Shown: one piece after another, positions 19,295 through 27,897 of the stretch | Layout: every line of letters begins with the position of its first letter | Position numbering within the stretch: position 1 is the first letter of the stretch | Assembly: GCA_040386535.1 (NCBI GenBank) | Contig: JAZKFH010000068.1 | Span: forward strand, 6,894-34,790 | Length of the DNA stretch: 27,897 bases | From: Myxococcota bacterium | GTDB lineage: Bacteria > Myxococcota_A > UBA796 > SXON01 | Reading direction: 5' to 3' | Program-made: the position numbers and the translations under genes | The notes under the pieces: generated by a model | The model's input: only the letters and a program-made list of their open reading frames with translations | Told to the model about the DNA's origin: nothing | Database searches by the model: none

Positions 19295-20992
19295 TCACCG
19301 GCCTCGCCACACCCGCAGCTCCCCCGGCCCCACCGGGTCGACCGTGTGCGCCGGGAACGCGACGGTGACGGGCGCGCCGAGGGCCGTGGTGAGCGCGGCG
19401 GTGACAACGTCGGCGTCGAGGGTCACGACGGGATCGACCACGAGGCACGCCCCGGCCGCCAGGCCCGCAGTGTCCCCCATCGCGACGCGGAGGAGCATGG
19501 CCTCGCGCTCGCCCGAGGTCACGACCACGTCCGGAGGCGGATCCCCGACGCCGCCGCGCGGATCGAAGCGGCGCGGATAACGGGGCCGCCCGTGGAGCCC
19601 GTCGAGGCGGGTGACGCGCTCCATCGTGCCGCCGGTCGTGCGCGGGAGCGCCGGGTAGAGCACTTCGGCGCACCCGTCGAGCGCGCGCACCACGTCCCCG
19701 GGAAACGCGGCGGAGGGGAGCGGCCACGGCCCCACGATCAGCGCCCACGCGGCGCCCGCGGCCACGAGCGGCCACCGCGCGCGCCGGGCCACACGATCGA
19801 CGCCGAACGCCACGAGCGGCACGAGCCCGGCCAACAGGAGTACGCCCCATCGCAACGGGTGGCGCATACGGGAGGCCCCGGGGAGCCACTGGTAGACGAC
19901 CTGGTAGGGCAGGTTGTCGACGCGCTCGGCGTGCGAGAGGACCGCCGGATCCATCCACCCGGGCACGGCGGGGACGGCCTCGAGCAGGCCCGGGACCGGC
20001 GCACCAAGACCCGGGACCATCGGGAGCGGGCCGAGCGCCAGGACGGCGCCGACGAGCACGAGCGCGAGCCACGGCCAGGTGGCACGGCGCACCCCGAGGG
20101 CGGCGGCGAACAGGAGCGGCAGGGCGGGCAGCCACCCCGCGGCCGGCGAGAGCAGCGTCGCGAGCGGCACCTCGCCCACCACGTGCGCGGCGGCGTCCGG
20201 CCAGAAGGCGGCCGCGTGGAACGGCGTGCCCCACGGCACCGACGCCACCTTGGTCTCCGCGGCGCCGAGCACCGGAAGTGCCCACGGCAGCACGCTCGCC
20301 GCGACGCCGGCCCCGATCACGAGCGCCCCACGCCCGACCCGCGGCCCCACGCCCCAGGCCACGGTCCACGCCGCGGCCGCGAGCACCGCGGTCCCGAGCG
20401 CGAGGATCGGCGCGAAGAGCCAGTAGGCGAGCAGCGAACCGGCCCCGCCCACCACCGCGAGCGCCACGCCGCCCCCCTCGCCCCGCCACGTGCGCGCCAC
20501 GCCGGCGAACCACAGCAGCGGGAACAGCACCAGCCCCTGCGGGTACTGGCCCACGCCCACCACCGCCAGCACCATCCCGCTCGCGCCCGCCACGATCCCG
20601 CCCACCGCCGCGCCGGCGACCCCCGTCCCCAACGCGCGCGCGTAGACGGCGCCCGCCGCCCCGGCCGCCATGACCAGCCCCACGTGCAGCGCCGCGAGCG
20701 CCGGGGCCGCCCCCACCAGCTCCGCGAGCGCACGCGCCGGCCACACGGCCACCACGAGATCGAGCGCGTTGAGGACCCGCGCCCGCACGGGCATGGCGAG
20801 CACGTCGGAGAGCGAGCCGGCGGCGCGCAACCAGCCCCACGCGTCGTCCGCGAGGCGCAGCGAGTAGAGCGTGTCGCCGTCGTCCAGGGGCGCGCCGGGC
20901 ACCGCGACCCCCCGGAGCGCGGGGGCGATCGCGCGGAGGTGCGCCAACCCGACCAAGCCCGCGGCGAACGCCGCAGCCTGGATCGTACCCAC
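19295..20992 (-). CDS. Polytopic membrane protein, GT-C/YfhO-like glycosyltransferase candidate (paralog 2)
   Basis: Shares blocks with 17101-18882: LNxLDL, GxYPQ, PWGTPF, LALGP, VYQWxPxASRMRHPLRW and VGPWPL. Start is uncertain (GTG 20992; the ORF is open to 21073). Confidence 0.65.
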   Translation of the reverse strand: MGTIQAAAFAAGLVGLAHLRAIAPALRGVAVPGAPLDDGDTLYSLRLADDAWGWLRAAGSLSDVLAMPVRARVLNALDLVVAVWPARALAELVGAAPALAALHVGLVMAAGAAGAVYARALGTGVAGAAVGGIVAGASGMVLAVVGVGQYPQGLVLFPLLWFAGVARTWRGEGGGVALAVVGGAGSLLAYWLFAPILALGTAVLAAAAWTVAWGVGPRVGRGALVIGAGVAASVLPWALPVLGAAETKVASVPWGTPFHAAAFWPDAAAHVVGEVPLATLLSPAAGWLPALPLLFAAALGVRRATWPWLALVLVGAVLALGPLPMVPGLGAPVPGLLEAVPAVPGWMDPAVLSHAERVDNLPYQVVYQWLPGASRMRHPLRWGVLLLAGLVPLVAFGVDRVARRARWPLVAAGAAWALIVGPWPLPSAAFPGDVVRALDGCAEVLYPALPRTTGGTMERVTRLDGLHGRPRYPRRFDPRGGVGDPPPDVVVTSGEREAMLLRVAMGDTAGLAAGACLVVDPVVTLDADVVTAALTTALGAPVTVAFPAHTVDPVGPGELRVWRGR

Positions 20993-21095
20993 GGTTCTGC
21001 CCCGCCCGGGGCCGCGCGCATCGCGATCCTCAGGCTCGACTCCCGTGTTGTGTAGCGTGCCCGACACCTCCACCGTTCCCTTGCCTCGGGGCGGA

Positions 21096-21104
21096 TGCTA
21101 CCCT
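21096..21104 (+). promoter_or_regulatory. Putative extended -10 promoter element for the radical SAM gene
   Basis: TGC-TACCCT (TGn+TAnnnT) 33 bp upstream of ATG 21138, in the divergent intergenic region. Confidence 0.4.
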
Positions 21105-21137
21105 GGCTCTCTCTCTGTCTCGCAGGATGGCAAGCCC

Positions 21138-22706
21138 ATGAACGACCGCATCGACCGTCTCGTGTCCCGCACCCAGGGTCGCGGGCCGCGCATCGGCATC
21201 GTCTCCATGTACGACGTGGAGAACAACGCGGTGCGCATCCTCGCCGGCACGCTCCGGCACGCCGGGCACCACGTGGCCGAGATCTACTTCAAGGACTGGA
21301 TCTCGAACCACCTCGATCCGGCCAAGGACAGCGAGCTCGACAGCCTGATCAAGGTCATCAAGGACGAGCAGCTCGACGTCGTCTGCATCTCCATCCGGGC
21401 GAGCGCCTACTACAACGCGGCGCGCATCCTCACCGAGCACATCCACGAGACCCTCGATCTCGCCGTGCTCTGGGGCGGCATGCACCCCACGCTCGTCGGC
21501 AGCACCTGCGTGCAGGACGCCGACATGGTCCTCCAGGGCGAGGGCGAGCTGGCGCTGCTCGAGTTCGCGAACCGCCTGCTCTCGGGGGACGAGCTCTACG
21601 AGACCGGGAACATGATGTTCCAGCTCGGGGAGGACGGCGTCCGCAAGAACAAGCTGCGGCCGCTGATCGAGAACCTCGACACCCTGCAGTACCGCGACTA
21701 CACGACGCACGATCACAAGTACTTCATCTGGGGCAAGAACATCAGTAAGGGCGACCCGATGAAGGGTGACCCCGTGTTCCAGATGATGGGCAGCCGCGGC
21801 TGCATCTACAAGTGCAGCTACTGCTACAACTCGACCTACAAGCGCGACGTGTATCCGGGCCAGAAGTGGTTCCGCGTCCGGTCGCCCGCGTCGATGGTCG
21901 ACGAGATCAAGCAGGCGCGGGCCCACTGGGGCTTCAAGCGCATCCGCTTCGACGACGAGGTGTTCAACTTCCAGGCCGACTGGCTGGACGACTTCTGCGA
22001 GCGTTACCCGCGCGACGTGGGCCTGCCGTTCGAGGTGTTCATCGAGCCGAAGCTCGTGAACGAGGACCGCATGACGCGCCTGCGCGACGCGGGCCTGGTC
22101 AACGTCTACATGGGCGTGCAGTCCAGTGAGCGCGTGACCGGCCACCTGTACGACCGCCGCGTGAAGAACAACACCATCGGCGACATCGCCAACCTGTTCC
22201 ACAAGCTCGGGATCAAGGGCCACTTCCAGCTCATCTTCGACGACCCGGTCTCGACCGACGAGGACAAGGCGAAGCTGTTCGACATGATCTCGCAGTTCCC
22301 GCACCCGTTCGATCTGTACCTGTTCTCGATGACCGTGTTCCCGGGCTCCGAGCTCAACCACAAGCTCCTCGAGTCCGGCCTCATCAGCGAGTACGACATC
22401 GAGGGCACGGCCACCAAGACCTTCTACCAGCACCGGATCAACCTCGAGTATCCGCGCCCGGTGGAAGACACGTTCTGGATCGCGCTCACGCAGCTGCTCT
22501 CCAAGCCGTTCGTGCCCCGCGCCGCGCTCGGGCCGATCTCCAAGTCGAAGTTCCTCAAGAAGCACCCCTGGCCCATCATCCAGGCGGCGCACGCGGCGAA
22601 CTACGTCAAGATGGGCACGACCGCCGCGAACATGGCGATGAACGGCGAGATGACGAAGACCCTGCTCCGGCGGTGGATGTCGTTCGACCGCGTGATCACG
22701 ACCTGA
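21138..22706 (+). CDS. Cobalamin-binding radical SAM enzyme (class B-like)
   Basis: N-terminal B12-binding domain (WGGMHPT, GEGE), SRGCIYKCSYC (CxxxCxxC) and FDDEVF; 522 aa. Confidence 0.93.
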   Translation: MNDRIDRLVSRTQGRGPRIGIVSMYDVENNAVRILAGTLRHAGHHVAEIYFKDWISNHLDPAKDSELDSLIKVIKDEQLDVVCISIRASAYYNAARILTEHIHETLDLAVLWGGMHPTLVGSTCVQDADMVLQGEGELALLEFANRLLSGDELYETGNMMFQLGEDGVRKNKLRPLIENLDTLQYRDYTTHDHKYFIWGKNISKGDPMKGDPVFQMMGSRGCIYKCSYCYNSTYKRDVYPGQKWFRVRSPASMVDEIKQARAHWGFKRIRFDDEVFNFQADWLDDFCERYPRDVGLPFEVFIEPKLVNEDRMTRLRDAGLVNVYMGVQSSERVTGHLYDRRVKNNTIGDIANLFHKLGIKGHFQLIFDDPVSTDEDKAKLFDMISQFPHPFDLYLFSMTVFPGSELNHKLLESGLISEYDIEGTATKTFYQHRINLEYPRPVEDTFWIALTQLLSKPFVPRAALGPISKSKFLKKHPWPIIQAAHAANYVKMGTTAANMAMNGEMTKTLLRRWMSFDRVITT

Positions 22707-22752
22707 TCCGCGCCGTCGGCGCCTACACTTCCGTCCAGCGAGGGATCCCGGC

Positions 22753-24474
22753 ATCGCCACCCCCGGCCACGAACTCGACCTGATCTTCACGTTGGCGGGC
22801 GGCCTCACGGCCGCGTGGCTCCTCGGGATCGTCTCGCACAAGCTGCGCCTCTCGCCGATCGTGGGCTACCTGCTCGCGGGCGTCGCGGTGGGGCCGTTCA
22901 CGCCCGGCTTCGTCGGCGACAAGGCGATCGCCGAGCAGTTCGCGGAGCTCGGCGTCATCCTGCTGATGTTCGGGGTGGGCCTCCACTTCCACCTCAAGGA
23001 TCTGCTCGCGGTCCGCCGGTTCGCCATCCCGGGCGCGGTGGCGCAGATCGCCGCCGCCACGGCGCTTGGCGTCGTGCTCGCCTTCGCGGCGGGCTGGACC
23101 GGAACCGCGGGCGTCGTGTACGGGCTGGCCATCGCCGTCGCGAGCACGGTGGTGCTCCTGCGCGTCCTGGCCGACGCGAACGCCCTCCACACGCCCGCGG
23201 GGCACGTCGCGGTCGGGTGGCTGCTCGTCGAGGACCTGTTCACCGTCGTCGTCCTCGTGTTGCTCCCGATCCTGGCGGGGTCGGGCGCGGCCGGCGGCGC
23301 GGGCGGCGTGGCGCAGGCCCTCATCTTCGGGCTCGCGAAGCTCGTCGCGCTGATCGGCATCACCTTCGTCGTGGGCGGGCGCGTCATCCCGGGGCTGCTC
23401 CGCTGGGTCGACCGGCGGCAGTCGCGCGAGCTGTTCACGCTCACGGTGCTGGTCATCGCGGTCGGCATCGCCGTGGGCGCGGCCGAGTTCTTCGGCGCGT
23501 CGATGGCGCTCGGGGCGTTCCTCGCCGGGATGATCGTCGGCCAGTCGGAGTTCAGCGCCCGGGCGGCGTCCGACGCGCTCCCCATGCGCGACGCGTTCGC
23601 GGTGTTGTTCTTCGTCGCGATGGGGATGCTGCTCGACCCGATGCGGGTGGGCGAGCACGCCGCGCTCATCGCGGCCACGCTCGCCATCGTGCTCATCGGC
23701 AAGCCGCTCGTGGCGCTCCTCGCGGTCCTCTTGCTGCGCGGCCCGCTGCACACCGCCGTGGCGGTGAGCGTGGCGCTCGCCCAGATCGGCGAGTTCTCCT
23801 TCATCGTCGCCGCGCTGGGCACCGACCTCGACCTGTTGCCCGAGGCGGCCACCCAGGCGCTCGTCGCGACCGCGATCGTGTCGATCACGCTCAACCCGCT
23901 GCTGTACCGCGCCACCCCGGCCATGGAGCGGGGGCTCGCCCGCCTCCTGGGGCGGCCGATGATGGCCCCCGAGTCCTTCGCGGCGCCGCGTCCACAGGCC
24001 GGCGCCCACCGCGCGATCGTGGTCGGCTACGGGCCCGTCGGGCGGAGCGTGACGCGCCTGTTGCGCGAGCAGGAGATCGAGCCCACCGTGATCGAGCGCA
24101 GCCCCGCGGTGGTGGCGCGGCTCCAGGGCGAGGGCATCCGGGCCGTGTGCGGTGACGCCGGTGACCCCGACGTGTTGCGCGAGGCCGGCATCGCCGAGGC
24201 GGGCAGCCTCCTGTTCACCTTCTCGGGCGCGCCCCCCAAGGACGTGATCCGTGCCGCCATGGCGTTGAACCCGACGCTCGCCGTGGTCGTGCGCTCGGCC
24301 TACGTGTCGCAGGCCCCGCCGCTGCTCGACGCCGGCGCCGACCTCGTCATCGCGGCGGAGGCCGAGGTCGCCATCGCGCTGACCGAGCACATCCTGGTGC
24401 GGCTCGGCGCCACCCGGGACCAGATCGATCGCGCGCGGGAGGCGGTGCGGTCGGAGCTGGAGCCGCGGGGGTGA
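22753..24474 (+). CDS. CPA2 cation:proton antiporter with TrkA-N/RCK domain (YbaL/RosB-like)
   Basis: SPIVGYLLAG..GPFTPG, AELGVILLMFGVGLHF, ASTVVLLR, LPMRDAFAVLFF, LAQIGEFSFI and VVGYGPVG. The start is uncertain: ATC 22753 is proposed, and TTG 22792 is the first canonical codon. Confidence 0.93.
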   Translation: MATPGHELDLIFTLAGGLTAAWLLGIVSHKLRLSPIVGYLLAGVAVGPFTPGFVGDKAIAEQFAELGVILLMFGVGLHFHLKDLLAVRRFAIPGAVAQIAAATALGVVLAFAAGWTGTAGVVYGLAIAVASTVVLLRVLADANALHTPAGHVAVGWLLVEDLFTVVVLVLLPILAGSGAAGGAGGVAQALIFGLAKLVALIGITFVVGGRVIPGLLRWVDRRQSRELFTLTVLVIAVGIAVGAAEFFGASMALGAFLAGMIVGQSEFSARAASDALPMRDAFAVLFFVAMGMLLDPMRVGEHAALIAATLAIVLIGKPLVALLAVLLLRGPLHTAVAVSVALAQIGEFSFIVAALGTDLDLLPEAATQALVATAIVSITLNPLLYRATPAMERGLARLLGRPMMAPESFAAPRPQAGAHRAIVVGYGPVGRSVTRLLREQEIEPTVIERSPAVVARLQGEGIRAVCGDAGDPDVLREAGIAEAGSLLFTFSGAPPKDVIRAAMALNPTLAVVVRSAYVSQAPPLLDAGADLVIAAEAEVAIALTEHILVRLGATRDQIDRAREAVRSELEPRG

Positions 24475-24627
24475 GGGCGCGGTGACGGGGGTGGGAGCCG
24501 GGCAGCCGCTCCGCGCTGCGTCGGCGGGGGTGCCTCGGCGGGCGTCGGTGGGTCCGGTGGCGGCCCGCGCCCCGGATCAAATCGGCGGGTAAGGGAGCGC
24601 CGGCGCGGACCTAGCTACGTTCGCCCG

Positions 24628-26943
24628 ATGTTGTTCCTGCTCTCCGTCGCCGCTTGTTCCTGGCGCTCCGAGCCGTGTCCCGTGGTGGACCGGGTGCTCG
24701 AAGAAGGCGCCGCCGACGCCCTCCCCCTCTACAACGGCGATCCGCACCGGCTCGTCATCACCGGCGAGGGCTTCTCCGCCCTCCCGGGCGACGTGCGGGG
24801 CGACGGCGCCAACCCGCTGCTCCCCGAGGTCCACGTCGGGGAGGTGCTCCTCACCGAACTCGTGTGGGCCCCCGACGCCCTGACCGCCACCCTGCCCGGC
24901 GACGCGACGCTGGCCCCCGGCGTGTACGACCTCACCGTCACCAACCCCGCCGGATGCGCGGTGACCGTCATCGACGCCGTCACGATCACCGACACGCCGC
25001 CGCCGCGCCTGGACGACAGCATCCGCGTCGACTTCGTCACCCCGCCCTTCGGCTGGACCGACGCGCGCACCGCCATCACGATCTCCGGCGCCGGCTTCGT
25101 GTCGACGCCCTATGTCTACCTCTCGCTCGATCCGTTCGTGCCCGGGCTCGCCTTGGCGCTCGACCAGGTCGCGTTCATCGGGGAGGGCAGCCTCGCCGCG
25201 GTCGTGCCCGAGGGGCTCCCCGTGGGCGGCCCCTACGACCTCGTCGTGCTCAACCCCGACAACGGCTACAACCTGCTCGAGGACGCGTTCACCGTGACCG
25301 CGTTGCCGCCGCCCGACGTGCGCACCGTCCTGCCCCAGGCCGGCACCACCCAGGAAGACACCGCCATCGTCATCGAGGGCGAACACTTCGAGGCCGGGGC
25401 GACCGTGGTGCTCCTCCGGGCCGACGGCACCGAGGTCTCCGCGCCCGCGACCGTGGGCGACGAAGGCCACATCGACGCGACCGTGCCCTCCGCCACGATG
25501 ACCGTCGGGAGCTACCTGGTGCGCGTCCGCAACCCGGACGGCAGCTACGACGACCACGCCGCGTTCGTCGTGCGCAACCCCTCTGCCAAGCTCGGCACCG
25601 ACGGTTCCTGGGCAGCGGGCGCGCCGATGAACGTGGCGCGGGCGGCGCCCGGCCTGCTCGCCAGCGTCGACACCCTCGGGCGCGGCTGGTTGTGGGCGAT
25701 CGCGGGGGATGACGGCGCGGCGCCGCTCGCGAGCGTGGAGCGCGCCCAGCTCGACGCGTTCGGGGTCGTGTCCGGGTGGGCGCGGCTCGGCGGCGAGCTG
25801 ACGACGCCGCGCGCGGACGCCGCGTACGTGGTGCACGACGGCTTCGTGTGGGCGATCGGCGGCGACGACGGCACCGGCGCCCTCGACACGGTCGAGCGGG
25901 CCGCGATCCTCGACGGCGAGGCCGGCATCCGCCCCGAGATCGTCGACGCCGAGGCGCTCCCCGGCCCGGGCACCCTCGCGCCGGGCACCTGGTACTACCG
26001 CGTGTCCGCCCTCCTCGGCTCCGACGACCCCTGGAACCCCGACGGCGAGACCCTCGCCTCCGAGGTGGCGGTCGTGCGGCTCGGCCTCGGCGAGGTGGGC
26101 GTGGGCCTCTCGTGGGCGCCCGTGCCCGGCGCGGTGGCCTACCGCGTGTACCGCACCGACGCGGTCGACGGCGCGGCCGGCCAGGAGCAAAGGGTCGCCG
26201 ACGGCATCTTCGAGACCACGTGGGTCGACGACGGTGTGGCCCCCGGCACCGTGGGGTTCGTGCCCGACGGGGGCCTGGGCCGCTGGGTCGAGCTCGCCGA
26301 CCGCCTCCCCGCCGCCCGCAGCCACGCCGCCGCGGTGGTGGCGAAGGATCCCGCGGGGGTCACGTGGGTGTGGCTCGTCGGGGGCACGACCGACGGCGGC
26401 ACGCCCGCCGCCGAGGTGTGGGCGCTCGACGCCGACGGCGCCTGGTTCGACGCGGGCACGCTCGGCGAGGCGCGGATGGACCACGACGCCGTGGCCGTCG
26501 GGTTCGACGAGGCCCTGGAGCTCGGCGCCGGCGCGCCGACCTACCTCGTGGCGATCGAGGGGAGCCTCGGCGACGGCGCCGACAGCTCCATCGAGTACGC
26601 CACCATCCTCCCCGGCGGCCTCCTCTCGGGCTTCGGCCCGCTTTCCAACACCGACGCGAACGGCCAGGCGCGCATGGACCACCGCGGGCTCGGCGCGTCG
26701 GGGTGGCTGTACGTGCTCGGCGGCGGCGGGAGCGCCGACGAGGCGCAGGACAGCGGCCGCCAGTCCTCCGTGGACGGGCCCGACCTAGAGATGGGCTCCT
26801 GGTCGAGCTCGTCGGACTCCGGGACCTTCGGCACGCCGCGCGCGGACTTCGGCCTCGCGACGGTCCGCGCCACGCTCTACGCCGTGGGCGGGCGCACCGA
26901 CGCCGCCGCGGCCACCGACACGATCGAGCAGGTGGTGTACTGA
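24628..26943 (+). CDS. Lipoprotein with three IPT/TIG domains and a Kelch beta-propeller containing an inserted beta-sandwich
   Basis: Lipobox-like VAAC at residue 10, three ..I.G.(G/H)F....Y.(L/V).V.NP repeats, and about six Kelch W...R...(L/V)..(I/L/V)GG blades. Confidence 0.8.
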   Translation: MLFLLSVAACSWRSEPCPVVDRVLEEGAADALPLYNGDPHRLVITGEGFSALPGDVRGDGANPLLPEVHVGEVLLTELVWAPDALTATLPGDATLAPGVYDLTVTNPAGCAVTVIDAVTITDTPPPRLDDSIRVDFVTPPFGWTDARTAITISGAGFVSTPYVYLSLDPFVPGLALALDQVAFIGEGSLAAVVPEGLPVGGPYDLVVLNPDNGYNLLEDAFTVTALPPPDVRTVLPQAGTTQEDTAIVIEGEHFEAGATVVLLRADGTEVSAPATVGDEGHIDATVPSATMTVGSYLVRVRNPDGSYDDHAAFVVRNPSAKLGTDGSWAAGAPMNVARAAPGLLASVDTLGRGWLWAIAGDDGAAPLASVERAQLDAFGVVSGWARLGGELTTPRADAAYVVHDGFVWAIGGDDGTGALDTVERAAILDGEAGIRPEIVDAEALPGPGTLAPGTWYYRVSALLGSDDPWNPDGETLASEVAVVRLGLGEVGVGLSWAPVPGAVAYRVYRTDAVDGAAGQEQRVADGIFETTWVDDGVAPGTVGFVPDGGLGRWVELADRLPAARSHAAAVVAKDPAGVTWVWLVGGTTDGGTPAAEVWALDADGAWFDAGTLGEARMDHDAVAVGFDEALELGAGAPTYLVAIEGSLGDGADSSIEYATILPGGLLSGFGPLSNTDANGQARMDHRGLGASGWLYVLGGGGSADEAQDSGRQSSVDGPDLEMGSWSSSSDSGTFGTPRADFGLATVRATLYAVGGRTDAAAATDTIEQVVY

Positions 26944-27557
26944 TGTGGATCGCCTTCGTCCCGGCGCTGCTCGCGGCGCCTCCCGCCCCCGCTCCCACCG
27001 AGGCGCCCGCCGAGGCGAAGGGCGCTGCGGCCGGCGCCGAGCGTGCTGTGGCCCTCGAAGCCGGCCTCACCCTCGCCATCCCGTTCGCCCCGCTCGGCGC
27101 CGCCCCCGGCCTCCGCGTGCTCGGCGAGGTCGCGCTCGTCCCGCGCTTCACCCTCGGCGGCGAGGCCATGGTCCGCCTCCCCGGCGGCGCCGCCGGCTCG
27201 CTCGAAGACGACGCCCTTGCCGAGGACCTCGACTGGCGCACCGGCCTCACTGTGGTCGCGGCCGGCCCGCGCGTCGCGTTCGCGTTCGGCCCGCTCGATG
27301 GCGTGCACGGGCGCGTCGCCCTCGCGGGCGGCGTGGCGTGGGTGGCGCAGGACACCTTCACCTCTGTCGGCCACACCCACGACGCGGTGCTGACGGGCTG
27401 GCTCTCGCCGCAGGTCGGCGGCCTGCTCCCGGTCGGCCCCGGGTGGCTGACCGTCGACCTGCACGGGACGATCGCGCCGGCGCCGCTGCTGGTGCTCGGG
27501 CCGGCGCCGGGTGGGGCGGCGGTGGGGCTGTCGGTGGGGTACCGGTTCGGGTTCTGA
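26943..27557 (+). CDS. Small outer-membrane beta-barrel protein
   Basis: ATG overlaps the upstream stop (TGATG); hydrophobic N-terminus, Pro/Ala linker, amphipathic strands and C-terminal beta-signal VGLSVGYRFGF; 204 aa. Confidence 0.75.
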   Translation: MWIAFVPALLAAPPAPAPTEAPAEAKGAAAGAERAVALEAGLTLAIPFAPLGAAPGLRVLGEVALVPRFTLGGEAMVRLPGGAAGSLEDDALAEDLDWRTGLTVVAAGPRVAFAFGPLDGVHGRVALAGGVAWVAQDTFTSVGHTHDAVLTGWLSPQVGGLLPVGPGWLTVDLHGTIAPAPLLVLGPAPGGAAVGLSVGYRFGF

Positions 27558-27604
27558 GGGGCTGGGCGACGGGGGCCCGCAGCGCGCCGAGCCGCGCCGC
27601 CGCG

Positions 27605-27680
27605 TGTCTTCCGGGCGCGGCGCGGAGCGCCTTGGTCGGCGCCGAGCCGCCGACGCGCCGCCCGAGGCGGCGCCCCTCCA
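27605..27680 (+). repeat. Copy D (partial) of dispersed multi-hairpin repeat unit
   Basis: 27608-27640 matches 8195-8227 at 29/33 and is followed by equivalent hairpins and CCCTCC. Confidence 0.75.
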
Positions 27681-27744
27681 GCCCCGCTGGGCCGGGGACG
27701 CGGGCGTGGGCCCTCCCTGTTGTGGCGGACCCTGCCCGCCCGCT

Positions 27745-27897
27745 GTCCAGCAACGCCGGACCTGACCGCCAGGTGGCGAGTTGCTGGACGTGGAGTCCAG
27801 CAACGCCGGACCTGACGGTCAGGTGCCGAGTTGCTGGACGTAGAGTCCAGCAACGCCGGACCTGACCGCCAGGTGGCGAGTTGCTGGACGTGGAGTC
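27745..27897. repeat. Tandem array of 50-bp palindromic REP-like units, truncated at window end
   Basis: Units start at 27745, 27795, 27845 and 27895; each has a perfect 10-bp IR GTCCAGCAAC...GTTGCTGGAC and a GTGGA/GTAGA linker. Confidence 0.93.

Noticed and set aside
16276..19368. 1030-aa + strand ORF and many other long antisense or off-frame ORFs
   Set aside because: These are shadows of real genes caused by extreme GC3 bias; they are Arg/Ala/Gly/Pro-rich with no motifs.
27745..27897. Possible CRISPR array
   Set aside because: There are only 5-bp near-constant linkers between palindromes and no spacers.

Overview
Very GC-rich (roughly three-quarters G+C by eye) bacterial DNA from a diderm organism; a Myxococcota/deltaproteobacteria-like origin is inferred from composition and gene content, not established. 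Both ends run into tandem repeats, so the window may be a whole contig broken at repeats. There are 19 credible CDSs. Housekeeping genes are mnmG, kbl, rpmG and dksA-galU-priA. Envelope, transport and other genes are a GT2, an LpxL-like acyltransferase, two outer-membrane beta-barrels, a POT peptide transporter, a YbaL-like CPA2 antiporter, an IPT/TIG+Kelch lipoprotein, a GATase and a dual cNMP-binding protein. A possible glyco-tailoring cluster contains an FAD oxidoreductase, two paralogous GT-C/YfhO-like membrane proteins and a divergent B12-dependent radical SAM enzyme. The most striking signal is non-coding: a ~110-170 bp multi-hairpin repeat unit occurs seven times, with conserved linkers, variable stems and compensatory base changes, twice as inverted pairs. 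One pair brackets a nested 1-kb cassette holding a symmetric 192-bp rod-like element and a 51-bp tandem array. No rRNA, tRNA, CRISPR array or transposase was seen.
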